64,000 nucleotides of DNA. Source: Candidatus Poseidoniaceae archaeon (GTDB lineage: Archaea > Thermoplasmatota > Poseidoniia > Poseidoniales > Poseidoniaceae). The position numbers and the translations under genes were made by a program. Below the pieces are notes generated by a model. The model was not told where the DNA came from, searched no databases, and saw only the letters and a list, made by a program, of their open reading frames with translations. The first letter of the stretch is position 1. Every line of letters begins with the position of its first letter. This document shows positions 35,806 through 46,266 of this stretch, one piece after another. The stretch covers positions 117,287 to 181,286 of the forward strand of contig CALSPS010000003.1 of NCBI GenBank assembly GCA_943788295.1, given 5' to 3'.

Positions 35806-36573
35806 ATGCTGCTCTTGGAAGACGAAAGCCTTCGCTGGATTCTCCTTGGGTTTGAACTGCTCATTGGCGCTGTTTTGATCCTTGGCTCACGAAGCCAACC
35901 ATTCCCTCTTCCGTCGCGTCGTTTCGGGTCGCTGGTGTTGGCCACTGGCCTTTTGCTTGCATTGGGCCAACTCGCACCAAATCCCGTGACCGTCATTGGC
36001 CACCTCGTCATCTTGACTTTTTTCGGTTCGTTCGGGTTGCTTGTTGGCATTCATCATCTTCTAAGAACTCGAAGAGAAGTGCTGATTGCGCCCTTTTCAG
36101 GATTCATGTTTTGCGTTGGTGTCGGTGGACTGATGGTCACCACATGGGACGATTTGAGCACCTTCGAACAATGGTCGGGCTTCCTTTCGCTGGTCGTGTT
36201 GGGAGGGGGCCAAACATGGCTTGTGTTCCGCGGCCTGTTGATTGGACGCCTTCCTCTGGCTTGGAGCCAGGCTGGAATGGTGGCTCTTCAACGTGGACTT
36301 GTCGACGGTCATGATGGAGCGATTGCTTGTTTTGAAAAGGGGTGGGACGCTGAAGAAGAGCATCTCAACCCAATGGCCTATGTCGCACTTCACCGCCTTA
36401 ATTTGTTCATTGGTGATTCTGAAAAAGCGGCTGAATGGTGGGAAGCCTTGCAAGATGCTGGGGGCGAAAAAGCAGTTGCTCCTGAGTGGATCAAAGCAAT
36501 TCACGATGCGTTGGCACGCATCGATCCTGAAACAGCATCCTTGCTCCCCAGCCTTGTTGACGAAGAGGAATGA
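35806..36573 (+). CDS. Multipass membrane protein with C-terminal TPR-like helices
   Basis: ~5 TM then AWSQAG..ALQRG...AIACFEK helical repeat; GGAGG SD. Confidence 0.7.
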   Translation: MLLLEDESLRWILLGFELLIGAVLILGSRSQPFPLPSRRFGSLVLATGLLLALGQLAPNPVTVIGHLVILTFFGSFGLLVGIHHLLRTRREVLIAPFSGFMFCVGVGGLMVTTWDDLSTFEQWSGFLSLVVLGGGQTWLVFRGLLIGRLPLAWSQAGMVALQRGLVDGHDGAIACFEKGWDAEEEHLNPMAYVALHRLNLFIGDSEKAAEWWEALQDAGGEKAVAPEWIKAIHDALARIDPETASLLPSLVDEEE

Positions 36574-36694
36574 TTCCGGTTTTCGGTTTGAAATTGCCAT
36601 TTTCTGCCCGAAAAGAGCGGGAAGAGGGCTAGGTGATGCAATTAAGCGCACAACCAAACAAAGGACTTAATATCTTGGAAGTCGATTATATACC

Positions 36695-36976
36695 ATGGAA
36701 GAAGTTGAGGCGAAGGCGACAAGCACATCTCTAAGCACCGTTTTGTGGTATGCCATTTTCATTTGGTTCGCTTCAAGTTTGTTTTCTCAATCGTTTTACA
36801 TGGCGCTCAATGGTGAGCCGTACGATGCCATTACGATGCTGAAAGAACTCGGACCTGTCTACTACATTGTCGTGGCCGTCGAACTGGCGGTGTGGATCAG
36901 CCTTGGCTCTCTCTTGGTTCGAAAGGTTGTCCAGAAAACATGGACAGCTTCCAAAATACAAACGCTTCCGGCTTAG
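36695..36976 (+). CDS. Small 2-TM membrane protein
   Basis: Two hydrophobic segments; CTTAATAT TATA-like element ~25 nt upstream. Confidence 0.7.
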   Translation: MEEVEAKATSTSLSTVLWYAIFIWFASSLFSQSFYMALNGEPYDAITMLKELGPVYYIVVAVELAVWISLGSLLVRKVVQKTWTASKIQTLPA

Positions 36977-37108
36977 TGTTCATTTCTCTTCGCTCGACCC
37001 GGCCCTCTGGCAGAGAGAACCGACGAAGTTTGAACCCACCCCCAAAATTTGGCGAAAATCAAATGTTTGTGCCGATGACTTGAAGGTCCGTCAAGTAAAG
37101 GAACGCAT

Positions 37109-37594
37109 GTGAGAGAAACAGGCGACGCTCCATTCTTTTCAGGTCGACCTATGGACACATGTTCATTGCGCGATCAAGAGGACGCATTGCGGGTGCTGCC
37201 ACATGGCGCTCGTATTGTGACCATCGAAGAGGCGAGAGAAAACTTGCCAAAGGTCACCCGCTGGCTCGCTGAACTTCAGGCGATGAGCGATGAAGCGCAC
37301 GATCTCACAGAAGAACTGGAAGTGCTTCTTGAATCTCTCGAGGCAGAGAATGAACATGTCATCGAAGTGGCGGAGCATTTGGCTCAACTTGTCACCCATT
37401 GGCAACATACAACGGCCAAAATTGAAGCCACAGGAACTCGAATCGCATGTTTAGAGCCTGGCCGTTTGGAATGGTATGGCGTGGTGGATGAACATCTTGC
37501 GCTTTATTCTTGGAGTTTAGGCGAAGAGGACATTGAATGGTATCACCCCATCGATGCAAGTTTCATGGCCCGAAAACCCCTCATAGAAGCATGA
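37109..37594 (+). CDS. DUF2203-family protein
   Basis: TIEEARENLP, coiled coil, GRLEW, YSWSLGEEDIEWYHPIDASFMARKPL; start may be ATG 37151. Confidence 0.75.
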   Translation: MRETGDAPFFSGRPMDTCSLRDQEDALRVLPHGARIVTIEEARENLPKVTRWLAELQAMSDEAHDLTEELEVLLESLEAENEHVIEVAEHLAQLVTHWQHTTAKIEATGTRIACLEPGRLEWYGVVDEHLALYSWSLGEEDIEWYHPIDASFMARKPLIEA

Positions 37595-37617
37595 CTTGGC
37601 TCGTCTGAGGGAAACAC

Positions 37618-38313
37618 ATGGTGCGCATCAATCGAGTCTACACCGGAGGCGGTGATACGGGCGAAACATCGTTGGTTGACGGGTCACGTCGTTCCAAAGC
37701 AGATCCACGTTTTGAAGTGGTGGGCACATGTGACGAACTCAATGCAGTGTTTGGTTTGGTTGCCATGGAAGCAAACCGCATGCCTGACCATGAAGACGGT
37801 GGAAACAGAGCAACCGTACAACGCGTCCAAACCATCCTCTCGATGGTTCTCACGCGGGTGCAAAACGAACTGTTTGACCTTGGGGCAGAACTCGCCTGTG
37901 ACCCTTCTAAACTTCCTGAATACATGGTCCTTATCAGTGAAGAACAATCCAATGTTCTCGTTGATGAAATGGATGCCTGGCTTGAACATCTCGAGCCCTT
38001 AACAAGTTTCATTTTGCCCGCAGGGCATGGTCCTGAAGCTATGCTTCATCTTGCTCGAACGGTCGCTCGTAGGCTAGAACGATCTGTTCTCCGGCTCAAA
38101 CAAACAGAAGGGGATGCATCCGTTCGTCCCATTGTGCAGGTGTACCTCAATCGATTGTCCGATTGGTTGTTCGTGCTTGGGCGCTGGGTCACATCGGGAT
38201 TAGGCCACGATGAAACCCTTTGGCAACCGCTCGGTAAAAGGGGTTCAGAGACCGGAGTCGCAAAGCGAATTCGTCAACTCCATGCCTCCGATGATGACTT
38301 CGCAGACCTTTGA
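37618..38313 (+). CDS. pduO: ATP:cob(I)alamin adenosyltransferase, PduO type
   Basis: RVYTGGGDTGETSL, GTCDELN, QNELFDLGAELA, FILPAG, HLARTVARRLER, YLNRLSDWLF. Confidence 0.92.
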   Translation: MVRINRVYTGGGDTGETSLVDGSRRSKADPRFEVVGTCDELNAVFGLVAMEANRMPDHEDGGNRATVQRVQTILSMVLTRVQNELFDLGAELACDPSKLPEYMVLISEEQSNVLVDEMDAWLEHLEPLTSFILPAGHGPEAMLHLARTVARRLERSVLRLKQTEGDASVRPIVQVYLNRLSDWLFVLGRWVTSGLGHDETLWQPLGKRGSETGVAKRIRQLHASDDDFADL

Positions 38314-38751
38314 TTATTCAAGACCCATTGCGGTCATGTGTTGCCTTGCCCCTCGCAAAACAAGTCGTGTTTCTTCATGGGACAACTGTTGCTCAGCCAT
38401 GTCCCAGTCCAACCACATGTAGCCTCGATGCTCGTGAGAGAGGGTGATAGAGATCTGTTCGGTTTGAGCAAGATACCAAAACACCTGCTTGGTTTTTTTC
38501 TTCCCTCGATGTTTGAATGTGTATTCGCTCCGTTCGACAAACCCCTCGACAAACTGGATCTTGTCGATGCCCGTCTCTTCTGTTAACTCCCTTGCCGCGG
38601 TTGCATGATGATCGGGATCATCTTCTTCGACATGCCCTTTTGGGAAGTCCCAATGCCCCTGTGGATACTGGAGCAAAAGCACTGTCCCATAGTTGACCAA
38701 AACCACCCCACAAGACGTCTCCATATCTGCAACTGAAAGGTCGCCGGTCAA
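38314..38751 (-). CDS. NUDIX hydrolase, Ap4A hydrolase-like
   Basis: HWDFPKGHVE...AARELTEETGI Nudix box, LSHEH. Confidence 0.85.
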   Translation of the reverse strand: MTGDLSVADMETSCGVVLVNYGTVLLLQYPQGHWDFPKGHVEEDDPDHHATAARELTEETGIDKIQFVEGFVERSEYTFKHRGKKKTKQVFWYLAQTEQISITLSHEHRGYMWLDWDMAEQQLSHEETRLVLRGARQHMTAMGLE

Positions 38752-38786
38752 GTTACTTTTGGCGAATCTCTCTTCAGCAAATCTTC

Positions 38787-39812
38787 TTGAGCACTCAACC
38801 TGCGCTTGCGTTCATGGGCGACCGTTCGAACGTGCTCCAGGAGGCTGGGTTGCCTCATTTCAAATCCATTATTGCAGATTCAGATTTGGATGGATTGTGC
38901 GCTGCTGCAGTTCTAAAATCGGTCAATCCCGAAGCGACTGTTCACTTCGCTCATGCTGCCCTTGTGCGGTCTGGCTCTCTTGATCATCTGATTGACCGAA
39001 ACACCGCCATGGTCGACCTTCCGTTTCATCCAAACTGCGGATGGTATCTTGATCATCACCAGACAAATCGGCCCGATGAGCAGGAAGAAAAAGCCTTCAT
39101 CGCTGACGGTGGTACGTGCCACTGGGAGGCCACTCCTTCCGCTGCTCGCTTAGCATACGACGTGCTTAGCCCGTTCATTGATTTGAGCCATCTCGAAGAA
39201 ATAATGCCCGTCGTCGACGCTCTTGATTCCGGGCAAATTAGCCGAGAGGAATTTATCGAGGATGGGCCAATTCTACAATTGTCCCGTTCTCTTTCCATGC
39301 GAGAACCAGAACACATGCAGCGTCTTCTTGGCATGCTGGCGATCGGAACTCGTCTGGTCGATGTGCTCGCCCACCCAGACATCGCTCCACATGTTTCGAG
39401 GGCAAAACAAGAGCGCCACGCGGCACAAATGGTGGTCGAAAAGCACACCACAATCATCGACCGATTGGCCGTCTGCCGAATGGATGAGAAAGGCGTTCGT
39501 TCAAACGGATACCTCGTCACAGCATGGGCAGGTGACAAAGCCGATGCTTGCTGCATTGTCCATGGCTACAGCGATGGTTCAATCGATACTCCAGAGCGCC
39601 CAGCACTCTCTGCGAGTTTTTACGCTAATTCTTTCCTTCCCAACGGGCAAGGCAGGTACGATCTTTCACGGCTTGCTACGGCGTTGGACCCAACTGGTGG
39701 CGGGCATGCAAACGCATGTGGATGTCGCATTCAGCCACCAGGCCTCGATTCAAACCTCGAAGTTTGGCTTGAGATGTGGGCCAACCGAGACGAGACTCTG
39801 TCAATTCTTTGA
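38787..39812 (+). CDS. DHH/DHHA1 phosphoesterase (nanoRNase/exopolyphosphatase-like)
   Basis: DSDLDG, VDLP, YLDHH, GGGHANACG. Confidence 0.85.
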   Translation: MSTQPALAFMGDRSNVLQEAGLPHFKSIIADSDLDGLCAAAVLKSVNPEATVHFAHAALVRSGSLDHLIDRNTAMVDLPFHPNCGWYLDHHQTNRPDEQEEKAFIADGGTCHWEATPSAARLAYDVLSPFIDLSHLEEIMPVVDALDSGQISREEFIEDGPILQLSRSLSMREPEHMQRLLGMLAIGTRLVDVLAHPDIAPHVSRAKQERHAAQMVVEKHTTIIDRLAVCRMDEKGVRSNGYLVTAWAGDKADACCIVHGYSDGSIDTPERPALSASFYANSFLPNGQGRYDLSRLATALDPTGGGHANACGCRIQPPGLDSNLEVWLEMWANRDETLSIL

Positions 39813-40283
39813 TCAACCCAAGACCGTGAAAAGGTACAGGAATCCAAGGAAGGCGTGAATGAACACCAGGGCCATCAACAGGTCAGCCGCTCTTCCGTGT
39901 TTCAGCGCGTGATGCCTAAACTTCTCTCCTTCGTTTCGGGCAGTTTTCGCTTTGCGTCCCATCCGTGCTAACATGAAGAGAAGGCCAAAGCCGACGGGAC
40001 CCATAAATCCGTGAAGTTGTTGTGGCATGAGGTTTGAGGACACATCTCCATTGTCGAGGTAGCCGTCAATTGCTCGGGCTGCGAACGCAACAACGATGAC
40101 GCCAAGGGTTGACCAAAGAAGCCGCTCTCCCATCCGTTCGTGTCGAGAACGGGCTTCTATCCGTGCCTCTCCTTTGAGTTCGTGGCTTTTTTTACGCCAA
40201 GAATACTGCCACCAAAACCACACCAACAAGCCTGTTGCCAGCACCGGATGCAGGAGCAACACAATTGCGTTCACGATGTCCAT
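39813..40283 (-). CDS. DUF4079 / cytochrome b561-like 4-TM membrane protein
   Basis: LLHP, RHERMG, QLHGFMG, KHGR, IHAFLG His pattern in TM helices. Confidence 0.65.
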   Translation of the reverse strand: MDIVNAIVLLLHPVLATGLLVWFWWQYSWRKKSHELKGEARIEARSRHERMGERLLWSTLGVIVVAFAARAIDGYLDNGDVSSNLMPQQLHGFMGPVGFGLLFMLARMGRKAKTARNEGEKFRHHALKHGRAADLLMALVFIHAFLGFLYLFTVLG

Positions 40284-40529
40284 GGAACTCCCCTTCAGTT
40301 AGGGGAGGTTCCCCCGCTTCATTGATGTTGCCGGGGCTTGTTCTGATGCGGAGCGTTTGCAGGGGAGTATAGCCTGCCGGTGGGTTGAAGATGGGTAGGT
40401 TGAGCCATTGGATGAGGGGCGAGGATTCTGCAGGAGACGTATCTGGCGAATTGTCTTGAAGCTGCGTTCAAAGCGAACGCAACGAAAAACCGTCGCCAGT
40501 CCTTCGTCGTACGAACACCTGATTGGACC

Positions 40530-43500
40530 TTGCTCGAGAAACCTTGGCGGGCAGTCCTCTTGTTAGCCGTGTCTGAAATCGAATTACCCGCCGCAGATGA
40601 AGACGATCAACCCAGCCCCTCGCGAAAGCCTGCACACATGAGGCGCACCCGCGGCCGTCGCGGTGGACGTGGCTCCAATGGACCCCTTGACAACCTTCCA
40701 AGCGCTGCAGAAATGGTGCTTCCAAGTGACTATTCAGATGCTTTCCGCTTAGCAGTCCTGCTCGCACACAAACTACTGAACAAAGACGAATGGGATGAGG
40801 CATGGGAATCTTCGGAGACCAGCTTGCGAGAATCATGTCTTGCTGACGGCGTTCATCCAGTCTGGGGCGACCTTGCACAACGAACATCCGTTCTTGGGCA
40901 ATTTGCAGCATTCCCAGTCGCAAAACCAAAGAAAAAGAAATCAAAAAAGAAAGTGGACAGCAGTCCTGCTTACATCGATCCAACGGTGACTGAAGACTTG
41001 GTCGTGGCTCTCGAAGCGCTTTCTCAAACGGTTGACACGGCAGAATCCCAAGTGGCGCTACGCACCGTCCTCTCCCAATTGTCATCAGGTCGAAGCCTCA
41101 ACCCGGCCCCTCTATTGCTTGAACTTGAAGGCCCTGCATGCATCATTTCAGCCCTGCTCTCAATCGCAATGGGCGACGATTCAGAAGCGAACTTGGCCAA
41201 TGTGGAATCTCTTGATTCCCAACTTGCCGAAGAACTTTCAGATTTGGTTCGATTAAAAGCAGGCGAGGTCTTGGATTGGAAGAAGAGCTCAACGGTAAAA
41301 GACGATCATTCGTTGGCTCATTCTCGTAAGTTTTTGGCGTGGCACCACCCTCCTGAATCCTCTGCCAAGCTCAAGTCTGATGTTCTTTCAGAAGGCCTCG
41401 ACCTTCTTCGCTCAGGAAACGCCCCAACACAAGCGATTGAGCGTGTGATGTGGTGGCGTCTTTCAGCCCTTCATCGAGAAGGAAAAACCGAGGAGACTGT
41501 GGCGACATTAACGGCTTTGAACCTCGATGCCCATGCCGAACTCTCCCACCTTCTTCCCTTGATCTCCGACCTCGGAAATCAAGAGGTTCAGGCCTGGTTA
41601 GGCCAACAAATTCCTCACCTTGACGACGGGGCATTGGTCGAAATTATTCGCTTCAATGGTTTAGCCACCGATGTGCAAGCACTAGCAGCAAAGCACCTGA
41701 GCGAAGAGAACGGTGAAGCATGGGAAAGCGTTCTTCCAATTGTCATTGACATCTACACCCGTTCGATGAATCTGCGAAGATTATCGGAAATAATTGTCAA
41801 AAATGATTTGGCCCCAATGTCTCATCCCTACGAAACATTGCTCGCTGCTCATTTGCTTGCTGCCGGCAAAGACAATGCGTTGTGGCATGCAGTACGCGAA
41901 GCTCGAGGCAAAGCCCTCGATTCCATCCATAGCACAGATGCACCACCTGCATTTTCCTCAACAAGCGAAGCACTCTTGATGCTCTTTGAAGGTGAAAATG
42001 TAGACGATGAACGCCTTAGCACCCTGCTTGACAAGAATGGTTTGCTCGCCTTTGGAGTCATCCGACGTGCGCTTCGCGAAGGGGGTACGGGCATCGTTGC
42101 CAATAAGGAATTGAACGCCCTAGAGACCAGCATCGCAAACGCCAAATTGTCGGAAATGGAACAGCACTTGTTTGCTGCGGTCATCGATACGCTGCGCCTC
42201 AACCGCGTGGCGCTCATGCTCCAACATGGCATGACGGACGATACGACCGTTGACAGCGTCAACACCATTCTGGAAAACGAAAATGTCCCGACAGCGATGA
42301 TTCATTCGGTTCGCCATCTCGTTCTTGAGCACGACCTTGGTCTTCCTTCGCTGGTTCGCTGGTACCAAACCAATGACCCGTTGTCTCCATGGCATACATT
42401 GGCTCGAGCCTCTGTTTCTGCCTCCATGAAGGATGAACTCAATGCTGCCCGTGATTACCGCCGAGCAGGCGATCACGAAGGCTTCGATTACGAACATAAA
42501 ATCGTCCTTTACAGAAAGTCACTCATCCATTTGGCCTTTGCTGAACAATGGAAGGAAGCGGTAGAACTGCTTGATGCACAACCGGCTTTGAAGAGTGCCA
42601 TCACAAAGCGATTCCAACTTTACCTCCGTGTTTCACACATGTCGACGAAAGACACCAACGCAGCAACACGCTTGCTGAAGGAGTTTGTTCGCAGCACGAA
42701 AACCATCAGTCAAGAAAAAGAAGATGGGACCCTCGAGGATGTCGAGGTGACGTACTTTGCTGAAGATGATTTGGACATGCTCAAAACCTATCCATTGGAA
42801 CATCACCGCGTCCTCCCAACCGATCCATTTTGTGGCCGAGTCACCGCAGCAGTCAACGCTCTGCAGAAGAACCGCCGCCGCCAGCGCAATGCCTTTGACA
42901 CACGGTTCACCCAATTGATGCAAGGTTCCTCGCCATCGCTTGATGAACTGTATGATTTGGCCAGAGATGCTGCTCAGGAAAAGCCAATTGAAGGCCTAAT
43001 GTTCCTCGAGCGCGCCCAAAATAAGGGCCAATTCAGCGTCCGAGAAATCAAACGAATCGCAGACGCTGAACAAGGATTGTTTTCGTCTTACAAAGATCAA
43101 ATCCCGAACTCATCCCGCCGTTACTTGCGCAACCTTTCGCTTTCTCCTCTCGTCCTCATCGACACAAACATCCTCATCGATGCCCTCATGGACACCATCA
43201 AGCAACGCTTGGAAGTGTTCACAGAAGCCAGCCTCGACATCGTGGGGCACGGCCACTTCCACCATGTCCTGCTGAAGCGAGCTCAAGAAGGTAAAATCCA
43301 ACTTTGGCTTCCATCGATTGTCAAGCAAGAGCTGACCGGTATCGCCAGCGATCTTGATTTCCTTCGTAGCCGTTTCAGCGGACTTTTGGTGCCACCAACG
43401 ATGCTTGATACCGTGTTTAGAAAGGATGTTATTGCTGAACTTGTCGACCAAGTGCTCAATGATTACAGCACATGGCGCCCAATGGATTTGCAACTTGAGG

Positions 43501-43832
43501 CAGAGGCCAATGATGAAGAGTACAAAACGCAGGTTGTGAATTTCCTTACAGATTACACGGAAATCTATGAAGAAATCACCGCTATGAAGCGGACACGCGG
43601 AGAGCCTGCGCGAACCGTAGTTGACGGCTTGGATGTTTACCCCGAAGCACCAGATCGTACCTTAATGCACATTGCCATCCATCTGGCTAAGCAATCCCTT
43701 GGAAACCTTGGAACCATACTCATCGCAACGCGAGACAGCGATTTCACATTGGTTTCTCGTGCCTTCGAAGAGCGGTTTGGATTCGGCGTTGCCAAGAACA
43801 GCCGTGCACTCAACAGTTTCCTTCACGGATGA
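40530..43832 (+). CDS. Large alpha-helical (TPR-like) protein with C-terminal PIN ribonuclease domain
   Basis: LIDTNILID, LPSIVKQEL, PEAPDRTL, IATRDSDF carry the four PIN acidic residues; N-terminal RGG/K-rich patches. Confidence 0.8.
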   Translation: MLEKPWRAVLLLAVSEIELPAADEDDQPSPSRKPAHMRRTRGRRGGRGSNGPLDNLPSAAEMVLPSDYSDAFRLAVLLAHKLLNKDEWDEAWESSETSLRESCLADGVHPVWGDLAQRTSVLGQFAAFPVAKPKKKKSKKKVDSSPAYIDPTVTEDLVVALEALSQTVDTAESQVALRTVLSQLSSGRSLNPAPLLLELEGPACIISALLSIAMGDDSEANLANVESLDSQLAEELSDLVRLKAGEVLDWKKSSTVKDDHSLAHSRKFLAWHHPPESSAKLKSDVLSEGLDLLRSGNAPTQAIERVMWWRLSALHREGKTEETVATLTALNLDAHAELSHLLPLISDLGNQEVQAWLGQQIPHLDDGALVEIIRFNGLATDVQALAAKHLSEENGEAWESVLPIVIDIYTRSMNLRRLSEIIVKNDLAPMSHPYETLLAAHLLAAGKDNALWHAVREARGKALDSIHSTDAPPAFSSTSEALLMLFEGENVDDERLSTLLDKNGLLAFGVIRRALREGGTGIVANKELNALETSIANAKLSEMEQHLFAAVIDTLRLNRVALMLQHGMTDDTTVDSVNTILENENVPTAMIHSVRHLVLEHDLGLPSLVRWYQTNDPLSPWHTLARASVSASMKDELNAARDYRRAGDHEGFDYEHKIVLYRKSLIHLAFAEQWKEAVELLDAQPALKSAITKRFQLYLRVSHMSTKDTNAATRLLKEFVRSTKTISQEKEDGTLEDVEVTYFAEDDLDMLKTYPLEHHRVLPTDPFCGRVTAAVNALQKNRRRQRNAFDTRFTQLMQGSSPSLDELYDLARDAAQEKPIEGLMFLERAQNKGQFSVREIKRIADAEQGLFSSYKDQIPNSSRRYLRNLSLSPLVLIDTNILIDALMDTIKQRLEVFTEASLDIVGHGHFHHVLLKRAQEGKIQLWLPSIVKQELTGIASDLDFLRSRFSGLLVPPTMLDTVFRKDVIAELVDQVLNDYSTWRPMDLQLEAEANDEEYKTQVVNFLTDYTEIYEEITAMKRTRGEPARTVVDGLDVYPEAPDRTLMHIAIHLAKQSLGNLGTILIATRDSDFTLVSRAFEERFGFGVAKNSRALNSFLHG

Positions 43833-43839
43833 GCCATTC

Positions 43840-45066
43840 TCACATGTGTGAGATCATAGCATCGCCAAAGTCACTGCATGAGAGCAGCGTAGCGTCGTCC
43901 ATTAAACGTTCAAAGTCGTATGTGACGGTTTGAGCAGAAATCGCCCCTTCCATTCCTTTGACAATAAGGTCGGCAGCTTCGGTCCAACCCATGTGCCGCA
44001 ACATCATCTCGGCGGAAAGGATGAGGGAGCCAGGATTGACTTTGTTTTGACCAGCGTATTTTGGAGCGGTTCCGTGAGTGGCTTCAAAAATCGAGATTCC
44101 TGTGTCATAGTTGATGTTCGCCCCGGGTGCGATGCCTATGCCGCCAACCTGAGCAGCAAGAGCATCAGAGATGTAATCGCCGTTGAGGTTCATTGTGGCC
44201 AGCACGGAATATTCGGCTGGTCGGGTGATGATCTGTTGGAGCATGGCGTCTGCGATGACGTCCTTGATCAAAATTGAACGTCCAGTGGTTGGGTTCTCAA
44301 GCGTGCACCAAGGTCCACCATCAAGTTCCACAGCGCCAAATTCATCTTTGGCAATGGCGTAACCCCAATCTCTGAATCCACCTTCTGTGAATTTCATGAT
44401 GTTTCCTTTGTGCACCAAGGTAAGGCTTTCTTTGTCGTTTTCTAATGCGTAGGTGATTGCGGCGCGGACAATTCTTGCGGTTCCTTCTTGCGAGATTGGC
44501 TTAATTCCAATTCCAGAGGTGTTTGGAAACCGGATTTTGTCGACTCCCATTTCATTCTGAAGGAAATCAATGACCTTCTTGACGCCTTCTGATCCTGCTT
44601 CCCATTCGATGCCGGCGTAGACGTCTTCGCTGTTTTCTCGGAAGATGATCATGTCAACATCGCCGGGGGCTTTGACCGGCGAAGGGGTTCCATCGTACCA
44701 ACGAACAGGGCGGACGCATGCGAAGAGATCGAGCTTTTGTCGGAGCGCCACGTTGAGCGAGCGAATGCCGCCGCCAACCGGTGTTGTCAACGGACCTTTG
44801 ATTGAAACCAAACCGTTTCGCATGGCATCAAGTGTGGCTTCTGGCAACCATTCACCTGTTGCATGGAATGCCTTCTCTCCAGCCAAGACTTCGGACCATA
44901 CAATGCTGCGAGAACCGTCGTATGCTTTGCTGACCGATGCATCGACCACCTTGATCATCACCGGTGTGATATCAACGCCAATTCCATCGCCTTCGATGTA
45001 GTGGATCACTGGATCATTTGGGATGTTGAGTTTGCCATTTTCCATTGTAACTGGGGTTCCTGCCAT
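43840..45066 (-). CDS. icd: NADP-dependent isocitrate dehydrogenase
   Basis: [69 protein letters not shown]. Confidence 0.97.
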   Translation of the reverse strand: MAGTPVTMENGKLNIPNDPVIHYIEGDGIGVDITPVMIKVVDASVSKAYDGSRSIVWSEVLAGEKAFHATGEWLPEATLDAMRNGLVSIKGPLTTPVGGGIRSLNVALRQKLDLFACVRPVRWYDGTPSPVKAPGDVDMIIFRENSEDVYAGIEWEAGSEGVKKVIDFLQNEMGVDKIRFPNTSGIGIKPISQEGTARIVRAAITYALENDKESLTLVHKGNIMKFTEGGFRDWGYAIAKDEFGAVELDGGPWCTLENPTTGRSILIKDVIADAMLQQIITRPAEYSVLATMNLNGDYISDALAAQVGGIGIAPGANINYDTGISIFEATHGTAPKYAGQNKVNPGSLILSAEMMLRHMGWTEAADLIVKGMEGAISAQTVTYDFERLMDDATLLSCSDFGDAMISHM

Positions 45067-45124
45067 TGCAATCGGTCCTAGGCAGAAGCGTCCCCTTCAA
45101 GAATGAACCGCCCTTGGGAGTTCC

Positions 45125-45505
45125 ATGTACGGGCGCATAGATTGGACTGGTGGCGACACCGTTGCGTGCACAAATGAACGAGGCGATCGCATTGACCTTG
45201 ACTGGGAAGAGGGTCCAACGCCAATGCAGGTTGCTTTGCAGGTGATTGGTGCTTGTTCAACTGCGGATGTCGTTCTTGGTTTGAAAGACCGTTCATTCAG
45301 TGAAGTGTGGGTCGAGTTGGACGCAACCCGTGCCGAAACGCGCCCTAAGGTGTTCACAAAAATCCACATGGTGTACCATGTTCGCGGTGAAGTCCCTCTC
45401 AAGTTGCTTGAACGGCTTGTGGCAAAGAGCCATGAGAAGTACTGTACGGTTTCACAGATGTTCGTCAACGTCGAGATGACACACGCCTGCGAAGTTCACC
45501 AGTGA
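45125..45505 (+). CDS. OsmC/Ohr-family (YhfA-like) protein
   Basis: GPTPMQ, GACSTADV, KSHEKYCTVS two-Cys pattern. Confidence 0.85.
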   Translation: MYGRIDWTGGDTVACTNERGDRIDLDWEEGPTPMQVALQVIGACSTADVVLGLKDRSFSEVWVELDATRAETRPKVFTKIHMVYHVRGEVPLKLLERLVAKSHEKYCTVSQMFVNVEMTHACEVHQ

Positions 45506-45508
45506 CCA

Positions 45509-46156
45509 TCAGTTGGCGACGACTTTGATTGCGGTGAGCGAGTTCATTGCATTGAGCAACAATTCCCTGAGCGCATTGTACAATGGATGCCACGATTGTG
45601 GGATCTGCGGTGGAGGGGCAACGGGGAGGGTTCCTTCATTGGTGGATAGAACGGTAGCAAAGGGTCGCACTTCACCGGTACCAACCATATCAATAATCAG
45701 GGAAAGGTGGTATGCCTGTTGATCCTTGATGACTTTGGCCGTTTCGATTTTAGCGATGGCTTCTGCAGGTAGATCACTCAACCAGTCCTCTCCACGCTCG
45801 ACTCGAGAGTGAAGTTCCTTCTTGACCAGAATCTCCAAGAGTTCAGTGACCACTTCCTGAGCAACAGGTGTTGGTGAAGAGGGCTCTGCTTGCGGTGTGG
45901 CTTCTTCAACGGGTGCAAAATTGAGGTTTTCCGATGCTTGTTCATTTAACCCAAACGTTGACTCACCAGCTAGCATTGATGGTTCGTCATCGTCGTCCAT
46001 AAACATGGCAAGAGGGTCCGAGGTGTTGAGTGTGGGAACAGAGTGTTGTGCTGCCACAGGTTGTGCCTCAACGGGGCGCATTGCACCCAATTCTGCAAAA
46101 ATATCGATTTCTTCTTCTTCCACTTGTGGTGGCGCTGTTTCCCATGGTCCCATCAT
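45509..46156 (-). CDS. Hypothetical protein with acidic disordered N-terminus
   Basis: 215-aa ORF, AGTGA SD-like sequence upstream, E/P-rich N-terminal half. Confidence 0.7.
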   Translation of the reverse strand: MMGPWETAPPQVEEEEIDIFAELGAMRPVEAQPVAAQHSVPTLNTSDPLAMFMDDDDEPSMLAGESTFGLNEQASENLNFAPVEEATPQAEPSSPTPVAQEVVTELLEILVKKELHSRVERGEDWLSDLPAEAIAKIETAKVIKDQQAYHLSLIIDMVGTGEVRPFATVLSTNEGTLPVAPPPQIPQSWHPLYNALRELLLNAMNSLTAIKVVAN

Positions 46157-46266
46157 GCTATCACTTTCGATATGTTCTCTTCATAGTACATGAAAGGATG
46201 TTTTTTTGAGAAAAAAAACCTTGAGCCCTGAAGTGCACAAAGCACCGATAGATTATCAATGAACAA

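Noticed and set aside
40320-40348. C/D-box sRNA (TTGATGT...CTGA)
   Set aside because: Imperfect C box and no convincing second C'/D pair at normal spacing
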